Both the position numbers and the translations under genes were made by a program. This document shows, piece by piece, positions 38,667 to 48,840 of a stretch of 64,000 nucleotides of DNA (the stretch's first letter is position 1; each line of letters opens with the position of its first letter). Under the pieces are notes generated by a model. That model saw nothing but the letters and a program-made list of their open reading frames with translations. It did no database searches and had not been told where the DNA came from. The stretch covers positions 1,248,001-1,312,000 of the forward strand of contig OZ242326.1 in NCBI GenBank assembly GCA_965208325.1, in the 5' to 3' direction. The stretch comes from Candidatus Poribacteria bacterium. GTDB taxonomy: Bacteria; Poribacteria; WGA-4E; PCPOR2b.

Positions 38667-40574
38667 GTGGTACGAGACGTAAAAAGCGGCACAATCTCCG
38701 ACGTGCATACACTGCGTACGCGTTTCATTATCCGTGCCCTGATTTTCGGCTCAATTCTCATTATACTCAACTGTTATTGGATTGTATCCGCGGAAAATCG
38801 GGTTGTGTGGGAATTGACAGACTTTTCAATTTTCCCCACGGTACTGTTTACACTCTTCCTCGCGGCACTGGTCAACCTATTGTTGAAGCGATTCTTTAAA
38901 CGTGCGCCGTTGAGCGAATCGGAGTTAGCAATTGTGTATATCATGGTTTCGGTCGCGACAGCGCTCGCAGGTCACGACATTGTCCGCCAGTTGGTGCCCA
39001 TGATGGCAAACGCGTTCTGGTTCGCAACCCCCGAAAACGAATGGGAGGCACTCTTTTTTCGATTCATCCCGTCATGGCTCGCGGTTGAAGATCGAAGCGT
39101 TTTACAAGGGTATTTTGAGGGTGATGATAGCTTTTGGCGGCGTGAGTATATTGATGCGTGGCTCACACCCATGCTCGCGTGGACGGCCTTCGTCGTCGTT
39201 ATTTTGTTCGTCATGCTCTGCATCAACATTATAGTTAGAAAGCAGTGGATCGACCATGAGAAGTTGAGCTATCCGCTGACCGTAATGCCGGTGGAAGTCA
39301 TCGGCGGCAGCTCCAAATTATTCACCAACCGGCTCATCTGGATTGGATTCGGTATCGCTTTCTGCCTCGAAATCCTCTCCGGTATCAACTATCTTTATCC
39401 AGTTGTTCCATCACTCAATGCAAAGTACGTAATTCAATTCGTCGAAAAACCGTGGAACTCGGTCGGTTGGGGAGGCAGCGGCGGATTTCCAATGTATGTC
39501 TACCCTTTTGCCGTCGGTTTTGGATTTCTGATGCCGCTCGACCTATCTTTTTCGTTATGGTTCTTCTATCTGTTTTGGACCGCACAACGAATCTTTTTCA
39601 ATGCGATTGGCTGGACAACCGCAATCAGCTTGCAAGCGCAGCAAAGGTCAGGTGCATGGCTCGGCGTTGGAATTCTGGCGCTTTGGACCATCCGAAAACA
39701 CATCGCCCGTGTAGTAAACGGGGTCTTTTTTTCCAAAGCCGCTGACCCGCTTTATCGAACCGCTGTCTTAGGCATCATCTTCGGAATGGGATTCATCCTA
39801 TTCTTCTGGTTTCAGGCTGGGCTGTCGCTTTGGGTGGCGTCGGGATACTTCGTTATCTACTTTCTGCTCTGTATTGGAATGACCCGCATGCGTGCCGAGT
39901 TGGGTCCGCCGACGCACGAATTGCACAGCGCCCACCCGGACCAAATTATGATTTGGTTGATCGGTACCCGTCCCATTGGCGCAGGAAATTTAACGAATAC
40001 AACACTCTTGTCGTGGCTGGCTTACGGTTATCGATGCCACCCCATGCCCCATCAGTTGGAAGGATTCAAAATCGCATCGCATTTCAAAATCAGCGAAAAT
40101 CGGCTGGTCGTGGCGTTCATCGTGGCATCGGTCGTCGGTACAATCATGGCGATTGGCGCGCACGTCGCGCTTTACTACAAATTCCAATTCCATCACTGGG
40201 GCGTTGGCGAAACACACCGTCTTCACAGTTGGATTGCGTTTCCGCAAACGACCGACGTACCCGCAATTCAACACATGGGGTTTGGCTTCCTTTTCACTGC
40301 GGCACTTACCGTCCTGAAAAGACGATTCCTGTGGTGGCCCCTATACCCCGTCGGCTATGCTGTCGGAAACGGTTGGGCAATCGGTTGGATGTGGCTGTCC
40401 ATCTTCTTCGGCTGGTTGTTTAAACGCCTCCTTTTTGCCGCTGGCGGTGTCACATCCTACCGCCGCGCATTGCCCTTCTTCCTAGGACTGATTTTCGGGC
40501 AATTTCTTGCCGGCAGTCTGTGGAGCCTTATCGGCGTTGTGCTAAACACAAATGTCTACACGTTATTCCCATGA
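38667..40574 (+). CDS. Polytopic membrane protein, DUF6785/DUF6784-like (OPT-related)
   Basis: Many TM segments; RKQWIDHEKLSYPL, TRMRAELGPPTHE, WWPLYPVGY, LPFFLGLIFG. Confidence 0.75.
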   Translation: MVRDVKSGTISDVHTLRTRFIIRALIFGSILIILNCYWIVSAENRVVWELTDFSIFPTVLFTLFLAALVNLLLKRFFKRAPLSESELAIVYIMVSVATALAGHDIVRQLVPMMANAFWFATPENEWEALFFRFIPSWLAVEDRSVLQGYFEGDDSFWRREYIDAWLTPMLAWTAFVVVILFVMLCINIIVRKQWIDHEKLSYPLTVMPVEVIGGSSKLFTNRLIWIGFGIAFCLEILSGINYLYPVVPSLNAKYVIQFVEKPWNSVGWGGSGGFPMYVYPFAVGFGFLMPLDLSFSLWFFYLFWTAQRIFFNAIGWTTAISLQAQQRSGAWLGVGILALWTIRKHIARVVNGVFFSKAADPLYRTAVLGIIFGMGFILFFWFQAGLSLWVASGYFVIYFLLCIGMTRMRAELGPPTHELHSAHPDQIMIWLIGTRPIGAGNLTNTTLLSWLAYGYRCHPMPHQLEGFKIASHFKISENRLVVAFIVASVVGTIMAIGAHVALYYKFQFHHWGVGETHRLHSWIAFPQTTDVPAIQHMGFGFLFTAALTVLKRRFLWWPLYPVGYAVGNGWAIGWMWLSIFFGWLFKRLLFAAGGVTSYRRALPFFLGLIFGQFLAGSLWSLIGVVLNTNVYTLFP

Positions 40575-40603
40575 ACCGTGCCTACCGTTTAAAAAAATGC
40601 TTG

Positions 40604-40632
40604 TTGTAAATTCTTCCGGGTTATGCCATAAT
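40604..40632 (+). promoter_or_regulatory. Putative sigma70 promoter
   Basis: TTGTAA-N17-CATAAT with extended TG. Confidence 0.4.
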
Positions 40633-40828
40633 AGCTTTTCATTTCGGTTGAGATTAAACTCTCAGCTAAGCGGGTAGGGAGAGAACAAGCGAGCAATTAG
40701 GAAGTGCGATAGTATTCGTCTTCTTTAGCTTTTCCCATCGAAATTGAGGTAATCTGCAATCCTTAATTACAATTACCACATCCTTTTAAATTACCAAGCC
40801 AGCCAAATTCAGGAGGCTCCGAAACGCC

Positions 40829-42283
40829 ATGAATACGAAAAATATTCTTCCGAACTACATTGGTAACCAGTGGCGCCATTCTAGTGCACTCGAGCACCTA
40901 GACGTGTACAATCCCGCCACGGCTGAAGTCATCGGCGCCGTTCCCCTCTCGCCCGCCGCAGAAGTAGATCAGGCAGCGCAAACTGCCTCTAAAGCGCTCG
41001 TCGAGTGGCGCCGCACCCCGCCGACCGAAAGAGTGCAATTCCTATTCAAACTGAAAATCCTGCTTGAGGAACACTTCGATGCTATTGCACGCACTATAAC
41101 CTTAGAATGCGGCAAGACGCTTGATGAATCGAGAGGGGAACTGCGCCGAGCCGTTGAGAACGTCGAAGTCGCCTGCGGCATTCCGACCCTGATGCAAGGC
41201 TATAATTTGGAAGACATCGCCGCCGGAATTGACGAGATGATGATCCGTCAACCGGTCGGGGTCTGCGCCGCAATCGCCCCGTTCAACTTCCCCGGCATGA
41301 TCGTTTTCTGGTTTCTTCCGTACGCTATTGCCTGCGGCAATACCTTCATTGTTAAACCGTCGGAGAAGGTGCCGCTGACCATGCAAAAAATCTTCGGTTT
41401 GCTGGAAGAGATTGGCCTGCCGGAGGGCGTCGTTAATTTGGTGAACGGCACGAAAGAGACGGTTGATGCCATCTTGGATCACCCGACGATTAAAGCCGTT
41501 AGTTTCGTCGGTTCGACCGCTGTCGCCAAGTCTGTCTACGGTCGAGCCACGGTGAACGGCAAGCGGGCGCAGTGCCAAGGCGGCGCCAAGAATCCCATCA
41601 TCGTCCTGCCCGATGCCGATATGGAGCTCACACAGCGCACTGTTCCTGAAAGCGCGTTTGGCTGTGCCGGACAACGCTGTTTGGCGGGTTCGCTTGCGAT
41701 TACTGTTGGCGAGGCGCGAAATTGGTTCACGAACATCATGGTAGACGCGGCCGCGAGTCGAGTAGTCGGCAACGGATTACATCCTAATGTCGAGATGGGG
41801 CCCGTAATCACGCCCGAAAGCAAAACTCGCATTGAAGGATTGATTCAAAAAGGCGCTGACGAAGGCGCCAAAATCCTCGTAGACGGCCGCAACACCGAGA
41901 TTTCAGGATACGACAACGGATATTTCGTTCGTCCAACCTTGCTCGACGATTTGAATCCAGACAGCGAAATCGCACAAACCGAGATTTTCGGTCCAGTGTT
42001 GAGCCTGATTCACGTCAATACCATTGATGATGCTATCGCGTTGGTCAATAGCAGAAATTACGGCAACATGGCGTGCCTCTATACCAGCAGCGGCGCAGCC
42101 GCCCGAAAATTCCGATACGAGGCGGAAATTGGCAATATCGGAATTAATCTCGGCGTCGCGGCGCCGATGGCGTTCTTCCCTTTCAGCGGCTGGAAGGATA
42201 GCTTCTTCGGGGATTTACACGGCCAGGGTCAAGACGCTGTCGAGTTCTTCACTCAAAAGAAAGTTGTCGTCGAACGTTGGTAG
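40829..42283 (+). CDS. mmsA: CoA-acylating (methyl)malonate-semialdehyde dehydrogenase
   Basis: [52 protein letters not shown]. Confidence 0.92.
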   Translation: MNTKNILPNYIGNQWRHSSALEHLDVYNPATAEVIGAVPLSPAAEVDQAAQTASKALVEWRRTPPTERVQFLFKLKILLEEHFDAIARTITLECGKTLDESRGELRRAVENVEVACGIPTLMQGYNLEDIAAGIDEMMIRQPVGVCAAIAPFNFPGMIVFWFLPYAIACGNTFIVKPSEKVPLTMQKIFGLLEEIGLPEGVVNLVNGTKETVDAILDHPTIKAVSFVGSTAVAKSVYGRATVNGKRAQCQGGAKNPIIVLPDADMELTQRTVPESAFGCAGQRCLAGSLAITVGEARNWFTNIMVDAAASRVVGNGLHPNVEMGPVITPESKTRIEGLIQKGADEGAKILVDGRNTEISGYDNGYFVRPTLLDDLNPDSEIAQTEIFGPVLSLIHVNTIDDAIALVNSRNYGNMACLYTSSGAAARKFRYEAEIGNIGINLGVAAPMAFFPFSGWKDSFFGDLHGQGQDAVEFFTQKKVVVERW

Positions 42284-42304
42284 CGCTGGTAGCAAGGAAT
42301 CGTG

Positions 42305-42778
42305 ATGAAGAGACGTAAAACCGTATACCTCGCGAACCCTTACGGATTCTCGGACCAACAGCGGACTGTCCTGTTGCCCGCGCTCGTCCAGGCACTCGAA
42401 GCGCTGGGCTTAGAAGTGTGGGAGCCGTTTGCGCGGAACAACGAAGACACCTCGTCTTCGGGTTGGGCTTATCGTGTCGGGCAGGCGGACATGCAGGATT
42501 TAATGGAGGCGGACGCAATCTTTGCCGTTGTTAACGGCGTGCCACCCGACGAAGGCGTCATGGTCGAACTTGGAATGGCGATAACCGCGGGCAAACCAAT
42601 ATTTCTATTTCGAGACGACTTTCGCCGTGCCGCTGATAGTGACGAATACCCGCTCAATCTCATGCTGTTTACAGGACTGCCGCAGCAAGGCTGGGAACGC
42701 TTCTATTACACATCAATCGCCGAAATCTCATCACCCGAAAAAGCCCTGACCCACTGGTCGAATGAAAATCAAATATAA
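42305..42778 (+). CDS. Nucleoside 2-deoxyribosyltransferase-family protein
   Basis: VYLANPYGFS, VWEPF, PDEGVMVELGMA. Confidence 0.85.
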   Translation: MKRRKTVYLANPYGFSDQQRTVLLPALVQALEALGLEVWEPFARNNEDTSSSGWAYRVGQADMQDLMEADAIFAVVNGVPPDEGVMVELGMAITAGKPIFLFRDDFRRAADSDEYPLNLMLFTGLPQQGWERFYYTSIAEISSPEKALTHWSNENQI

Positions 42779-42844
42779 ACGTCATAGTCACTAGCTATTG
42801 GTCACTGCATATATCGGCTGTGCGTCACGTCGAATCGTAAATCC

Positions 42845-42868
42845 CTCCCCCTTGACAAGCGGGAGCTA
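42845..42868. repeat. Short palindromic REP-like element (second copy)
   Basis: CTCCCCCTTGACAAGCGGGAGCTA versus CTCCCCCTTACTGAGGGGGAGCTA at 4346. Confidence 0.55.
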
Positions 42869-43043
42869 AAGCTAGAGTAGATGATCGTTTTATTCTGCGG
42901 TAAATTCGAATTCCTTACCGAACCAGTATTTATGCAGTGCGCTGGTGCGGTCAGAAACTGCGCTGGCCGCAACTCTAGGGCGGGCCAACTTCAACGTTTA
43001 CAACGTCGTATCTTCGAGACACAGCCCGTTGAGAACTCCATAC

Positions 43044-43391
43044 ATGAAAATTGATACGAAATCAATTTGGATTCCCCAAGCCATAGTCATTGCGATGCTA
43101 TTGTACACTCCTTTTTTTGGGGATCTATTTTATCCGCATTCAACCTTGCTTAAGTGAGTCTGCTGTCCGGCGTTCGCATATCTCGCATCCGAGGCATGGA
43201 AACGACAGAAAACCGGTTGGGTCTGGGTCCTTGGGACCGTCGCCGTTTATTTCAATCCCATTTTCCAGCCTCATTCAATATGGAAAATGTGGTATATTGA
43301 GATTCAATCCGTCATAGGCTTAGCCACGGCCTCAATCTTAGTCCTAAATTCCAAAAAAACCAGAAAAATGACACCTGTACAGAAGCTGTAG
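43044..43391 (+). pseudogene. DUF6804-like small membrane protein interrupted by an in-frame TGA
   Basis: MKIDTKSIWIPQAIVIAMLL...LLK*VCCPAFAYLA...GWVWVLGTVAVYFNPIF...; TGA at 43155-43157 sits where a Trp is expected. Confidence 0.65.
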
Positions 43392-43913
43392 GTTAGGTTG
43401 AGCAGTTTAACGAAAAACGCCATCATTAGGTGGGGGCACCGCAACTGAATAATGTTACAAAACCTCCATGACGTAGCGTAACCCGACGCGTTATCTAAAT
43501 CCGAACCTGCTTTCTGCAATGACATACGTCCCAATATTTGACTGAAATTTTAAGGGATCGATGAGTTTTTTGTAATTTGTGCTGCGGAATCAACCGACTA
43601 GATTGGGTGGGCGATAGGGTTCTCTGGCGGTCTCTAGACTTTACGAAACTCAACGCAATTTGAATCTTCCGAGCCACCAACCGTTTTATTCTGACGTCAT
43701 AACTTTCGATCCAACTAAAATCAACAAGAGTCAAAGGAGGAGTTCGGTGTTCAGAAATCTCCAATCCATACGAAGGGTTTTCGTTGGGAGGGAGACTGGG
43801 GAAGACTATCATACTTGCAGTTCGCGCATTTGATTAGTTGCTCATCGTTCACCTGATGTCTATAAAAACTACAAAAATGACTATTTTATCGCGCATAGGA
43901 AGGATACCCAATA

Positions 43914-44978
43914 ATGCAGAAAAATCGCCCGTGTTTAAGTCAACTTTCCTCTCATGCTAGCTTAGCAATAACTATAGCTGTGTTGTTCGTTATCACCATT
44001 AGTAGCTGCGACATGATTCAGGAACTTCTCATAACGGAAGACGTCCCGGAAGCCTCCGAAACCACAACCGTTACTATTCTGGGCGGCACGCCGGGCGGCA
44101 GCTTTACGCCATTTGCGCACGCAGTGAGTAACATCGCCACGCAGAATCAATCGAAATTGGAAATAGCTGTTGAGGCATCTCCGGGATCGGTAGCGAATAC
44201 ACGCCGTGTAAACGAAAATCAGGATTACCTCGGTATCGCCTTTTCATCGGAAAGCTATTTGGGTTTCCACGGGCAAGAAGTATTCGCTGAAGAGGGTGCG
44301 AAAACTAACATCAGAGCCGTGACGCTACTCTATATTGCGTATTCCCAGACTGCCGTGCTGGCTGATAGCGATATTCATCAATTTGAAGACTTGGTCGGCA
44401 ACACAATAGCCAGCGGTAGAATCGGATCCGGCTCGGCACAAACGATAGCGCGCTTGGCAACATCGGCTGGTATCTGGGGCGAATTTGTGGTGGTGCATAA
44501 GGGCAGTGATGAAGGTGCAACAGCGCTCCGGACCGGAGAAGTCAACGCTTTTCATATGTTGGTCAGCGTGCCGAACGATGCGATGGCGCAGCTCGCTGCA
44601 ACTAACGACATCAGAATGCTTGACATGGACGCACCCGCGCAAGCATCTGGGTTTTACGACCAGTACCCGTTTTACCTATCCGGAGCACTTCCAGTGGATG
44701 CTTACGGGGGCAAAGTTGAGACAGTTAACACACTATTGATGCCGACATTGCTAATCGCTCACAAAGATATGTCAGCAGAAATAGTTTATGCAATCCTCCA
44801 GCGGGTTTATACCTCAGAAGGATTGCAAGCAATGCGCGATGCCACCGGAGGCGCTGCGGCGGATATGACGCCTGAAAATGCCCCAAAAGCATTTGTAATA
44901 CCGCTCCACCAAGGCGCCTACCAATTTTGGAGTGAACAAGGCCATACAATTCCTGCACACGCGATGCCGGTGGATTAA
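43914..44978 (+). CDS. TAXI-family TRAP transporter solute-binding lipoprotein
   Basis: Lipobox ISSC; SPGSVAN, NIRAVTLLY, IPLHQGAYQFW. Confidence 0.88.
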   Translation: MQKNRPCLSQLSSHASLAITIAVLFVITISSCDMIQELLITEDVPEASETTTVTILGGTPGGSFTPFAHAVSNIATQNQSKLEIAVEASPGSVANTRRVNENQDYLGIAFSSESYLGFHGQEVFAEEGAKTNIRAVTLLYIAYSQTAVLADSDIHQFEDLVGNTIASGRIGSGSAQTIARLATSAGIWGEFVVVHKGSDEGATALRTGEVNAFHMLVSVPNDAMAQLAATNDIRMLDMDAPAQASGFYDQYPFYLSGALPVDAYGGKVETVNTLLMPTLLIAHKDMSAEIVYAILQRVYTSEGLQAMRDATGGAAADMTPENAPKAFVIPLHQGAYQFWSEQGHTIPAHAMPVD

Positions 44979-45494
44979 GGAAAATCGCCCTCTTTTTGCG
45001 TTCGATTTTGAAGAGATGTGTTAGTGGGTCCTAACGATTCTCAATCCAAACACATTTTCTCTGCAAGCCAGTTCGGGTAAGTTGCGAACAGCAATTAACC
45101 GAGTAGGGTCCACTGAGCGGATAGCGAAGGCGATAATTTTCTACCCGCTGCGATAGTCTTCTCTAGTGTTTTCGAAGCCTAACGCTGATGAACCATAAGG
45201 GAAACAAACCGGGCAATTCAAACAGCACAATATTTGGGACAATAAATAGCAATTACAGGCCAGAGACAGATCTGATGTTCGGTATCACTTAATCCTCAAG
45301 CCGCATTTTTGTTGTCCATAGGTTTTAACACCGTTGGGTTTCGCTCCGTTCAACGAATATCGAACGCATTTACCGGTAAGACGATTTATCAGAATGCACA
45401 TGTTTCATTTTCTCCGGCCTACCCAACCTACAAACACTGACATGATGCATCTTTATCGTATATAAGCACACCGACCTAATTCTTGGATTATGGA

Positions 45495-45523
45495 TTGACC
45501 GTCTAGGTGGGATTTGCTATACT
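45495..45523 (+). promoter_or_regulatory. Sigma70-type promoter
   Basis: TTGACC-N17-TATACT with extended TG. Confidence 0.55.
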
Positions 45524-45617
45524 ATGCTTACCGGGTAATTATGATAGGCATCGGCTGAAGAACTGAGATGCGCTGCGTCGAGGGGATATATTTTTTTCGA
45601 GCTTAGCAATTATAGAA

Positions 45618-46313
45618 ATGGCGCCATCGTTGAAAAGTATGTATATGACACACGTATCTGAGGTAACCAAAAGTTTGCAAACAAGATTGCTAATGATAGT
45701 AATAGGAATTTTGTCATGGACTATTATCAATTGCGTGTGCGCCGGCGCAGAAGAAATTGAAAATCTCGCCCGAGGCGGAGATTTCGAGACGCCTGACGAC
45801 ACGGCGCAGTGGGGGCTATGGAAAGCGGCGGCGACGCAGGGCAACATGAAATTAGACAAAAAGAACGCCGCGGTAGGGGAATCCAGCCTCTACGTCTTTG
45901 ATATTATCTTGGATCCGGTTGACAAATGGAAACCCAATATTGTACAAGTGGATGTTTTTATCCTTGAGAAGAAAAAGATTCATACTTTCTCCGCATTTCT
46001 AAAGGCGGAAAAACCCCGCCAGCTTAGACTGACCTTTATCGATCATATCAACGAGCCGTGGCCTATGGGTCCGGACAAGATTTTTGATGTCGGCACTGAA
46101 TGGAAGGAATACTGGGTGACCAGCATACCCGCCGCCCTAGCGGGTTCGCTGCAAATCACCAACGCGCCCGAAGGGTCAAGAGTGAATTACTGGATAGATG
46201 GCGTTCGGTTCTACCGTGGCGAATTTCAGCCGACCATCCCACCCAAGGCGGTGTCGTCGGCAGACAAGCTCGCAACGAAATGGGGAACCTTAAAAACCCG
46301 ATACGGTCGATAG
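45618..46313 (+). CDS. Exported CBM4/9-like carbohydrate-binding protein with KLATxWG C-terminal motif
   Basis: Signal region, NLARGGDFE, FSAFLKA, VGTEWKEYW, WIDGVRF; tail AVSSADKLATKWGTLK; start uncertain. Confidence 0.75.
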   Translation: MAPSLKSMYMTHVSEVTKSLQTRLLMIVIGILSWTIINCVCAGAEEIENLARGGDFETPDDTAQWGLWKAAATQGNMKLDKKNAAVGESSLYVFDIILDPVDKWKPNIVQVDVFILEKKKIHTFSAFLKAEKPRQLRLTFIDHINEPWPMGPDKIFDVGTEWKEYWVTSIPAALAGSLQITNAPEGSRVNYWIDGVRFYRGEFQPTIPPKAVSSADKLATKWGTLKTRYGR

Positions 46314-46566
46314 TTTGCATCGCCATTGAGTTGTTATCGTCGTTTCTGTTGATAATTACACGAGGCGTGATTGAAGGGCGAAAGTCGAGGGGCGGAAACT
46401 TCTCCTACAGACCGAAGTAGAGCCTTTGCGGGTGATGTTTACACACGGAAGGATTGACCGACTAATAATCGAGACGAGGAAGCCTCTCTCACAAATTAAT
46501 GAGCAAACCTATTACTTGTAGTTGTAATGACCATATTTTCTACATCATGACAGAAGGTGAATCATC

Positions 46567-47376
46567 ATGACCCCAGAACAAGAGAAGGTGCACTTCGACA
46601 CGTTCGGCTTTATTATCAAGCGGAGCTTGTTTAATTCGGAAGAGATGGAGCAGTTTTCCCGCTGGTTTGACGAGGGGTGCGACGCGGTGTGCGGACCGTT
46701 CGCGGGCGTTGGTCAGATGGGTTACCCCGGATTGAGCATTCACGCAGGTTTCTGCGATCATTTCCTTGATGACCCCCGCATTATGGACAGGCTAGAAAAC
46801 TTAATGGGGGACGGGTTCCAACTCATTGCGTCAGACGCGCAGCGCCACGGCGGGAATTCGAGTTGGCACCAGGACACGGTCATCCCGATGGAAGCCGGTA
46901 AGCCGACTGAATACCTGATGCTCAAGGTGATAATGTATCTGGACGACCACAGCGAGGGACCGGGTTGTCTCTGGCTGCTCCCGGGAACACACCGCAGGGG
47001 CTACGGCGATGCGCTGCGCGGGTTGATTACGATGGGCAATCCGAGCGATGCAGACGCTTTAACGCCGGCGGGCGTGCCGCCGACGGACCTTCCCGGCGCC
47101 ATCGCCACGAACACGCGCCCAGGTGACATCATCTTTTTCAATCAGAAACTCGGACACTCCTCATGGGGCGGAAAGCCGGGGCGCCGGTTCTTGGGGCTGA
47201 CGTTCGGCGCGAAACCAACGGAGGATTGGCAGGTCGAATGGCTGGAGCATCACGGCGAACAGTGGAAGCATAGCTGCGCGAACGAAAGGAATTCACAGTT
47301 TCCGGATCACTTGGTAAAGTCGGCGGGACCGCGCCGCAGAGCACTAATCGAGTTCATGCACAGCCGAGGGTATTGA
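46567..47376 (+). CDS. Phytanoyl-CoA dioxygenase (PhyH)-family protein
   Basis: WHQD, GCLWLLPGTH, PGDIIFF...H. Confidence 0.88.
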   Translation: MTPEQEKVHFDTFGFIIKRSLFNSEEMEQFSRWFDEGCDAVCGPFAGVGQMGYPGLSIHAGFCDHFLDDPRIMDRLENLMGDGFQLIASDAQRHGGNSSWHQDTVIPMEAGKPTEYLMLKVIMYLDDHSEGPGCLWLLPGTHRRGYGDALRGLITMGNPSDADALTPAGVPPTDLPGAIATNTRPGDIIFFNQKLGHSSWGGKPGRRFLGLTFGAKPTEDWQVEWLEHHGEQWKHSCANERNSQFPDHLVKSAGPRRRALIEFMHSRGY

Positions 47377-47404
47377 GCGCGTCAACGGGAAAAAGTGTTA
47401 CAAC

Positions 47405-48193
47405 ATGACAGATAACGTTATCCCCATCAGCGATCAACAGATTTTACAGTACCGGCAACAAGGGTACATCACCGTTGGAGGGCTATTCACGGCGGACGAA
47501 GTCGAATCCGTGCGAAGCGAAATTACCAAAATTGTACGGTGTTATCCGGATGGCCCTGACGGGCTGGTGGAATTTGAGCCGTCAGTTGAAAGCGGCGAAA
47601 ATGCGCCTGACGAGATTGATTTAAGGGTTCGAAAACTCTCCAACGTGGTTCGACACAACGTCTTCTTCCGAAAGCTAGCCTTCCATCCAAAGATGGCAGC
47701 GATTGCTACAGCACTGTTGGGGCCCGACGTTGTTCTACTTCAAAGCATCATGTTGCTAAAACCGCCGCGCATTGGCAGCGCCAAGGTTTGGCACCAAGAC
47801 AACGCCTATTTTCGACGCAATCCAAACCATATTGTCGGATTTTGGATTGCTTGCGATGATGCCACAGTCGAGAACGGCTGCATGCATGTTCTCCCCGGTT
47901 CGCACACACTCGGAATCCTAGAACATGGTGGCTTCAAGAATGAATACGGCACGCTAAAAACGCCGTCTTTTGAAGAAGCCGTAGCAGTTCCGTTGAAGGC
48001 GGGCGGTGCGTTGATTTTTCACGGCGAGTTGTTGCACGGGTCGCCGCCAAATAATACCGCCGAGCGTCGGCGTTCGATACAATACCATTACGCATCGAGC
48101 AAATGCCGCCGATCCGAAGGGTGGGAAATGTACAAGGTTAAGCCGGAGGTGCACGTTGCCGGGCGGGATTTCGGTTATGATTTGGCGGGGTGA
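47405..48193 (+). CDS. Phytanoyl-CoA dioxygenase (PhyH)-family protein
   Basis: KPP...WHQDNAYF, ENGCMHVLPGSH, LLHGSPPN...RR. Confidence 0.92.
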   Translation: MTDNVIPISDQQILQYRQQGYITVGGLFTADEVESVRSEITKIVRCYPDGPDGLVEFEPSVESGENAPDEIDLRVRKLSNVVRHNVFFRKLAFHPKMAAIATALLGPDVVLLQSIMLLKPPRIGSAKVWHQDNAYFRRNPNHIVGFWIACDDATVENGCMHVLPGSHTLGILEHGGFKNEYGTLKTPSFEEAVAVPLKAGGALIFHGELLHGSPPNNTAERRRSIQYHYASSKCRRSEGWEMYKVKPEVHVAGRDFGYDLAG

Positions 48194-48407
48194 TCCCTCC
48201 CTTGACCAACCGCGGGCAGTGAACCCCTACTATACAGATACGGTTGAGAACTGTCGGTAAGGGAACCCAACCCAAACGATTGGCCATTTGGATGGAGTTG
48301 CTCCGACTGTGATTATTGCGCCCTCTAACTCCCCGTTGATAATGGGAAGGATGCAGAAGGCGGCAACCAATTATGATTTATGGTCAATGCAAACGGAAAT
48401 AGGAGAA

Positions 48408-48767
48408 ATGCGAATGAAACGCTATGCACAGACTGTTCTGCTGAAGGATGACACGGAAATCATCAGGCAGTACGAAGAGTACCATGCCAATCCGTTTCCG
48501 GAGGTAATACAGGGCGTCCAGAACTGCGGCGTATTGCGGCTTTTCATTTACCGTTACGGACGGCAACTTTTTATGTTCATGGAGACTGAAGACGACTTCG
48601 ACATGGAACGAGATATGCCAAAATACATGGAGCACCCTAGAGCTAGAGAATGGGACACGCTGATGCGCACTTTTCAAGAGACAGTTCCGGGGGCGCCAGA
48701 AGGTTCGACTTGGGTAGAGATGAAAGAGGTTTTCGCCTATGACGGCGAACTCATTCCGCAGTCTTAG
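48408..48767 (+). CDS. L-rhamnose/L-fucose mutarotase-family protein
   Basis: MKRYAQTVLLKD...YEEYHAN, IYRYGRQLFM, WVEMKEVF; AGGAG RBS. Confidence 0.85.
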   Translation: MRMKRYAQTVLLKDDTEIIRQYEEYHANPFPEVIQGVQNCGVLRLFIYRYGRQLFMFMETEDDFDMERDMPKYMEHPRAREWDTLMRTFQETVPGAPEGSTWVEMKEVFAYDGELIPQS

Positions 48768-48840
48768 CTGAAACTTGAGAATTCCTAAGCGAGTCGGTTA
48801 CGCGTAGTGATGCAATTTCGAAACAGCCGGAGGTATCGAC

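Noticed and set aside
39830..40423. 197-aa alternative-frame ORF
   Set aside because: Lies entirely within the DUF6785-like gene; no independent support.
41102..41674. 190-aa antisense ORF
   Set aside because: Shadow of mmsA.
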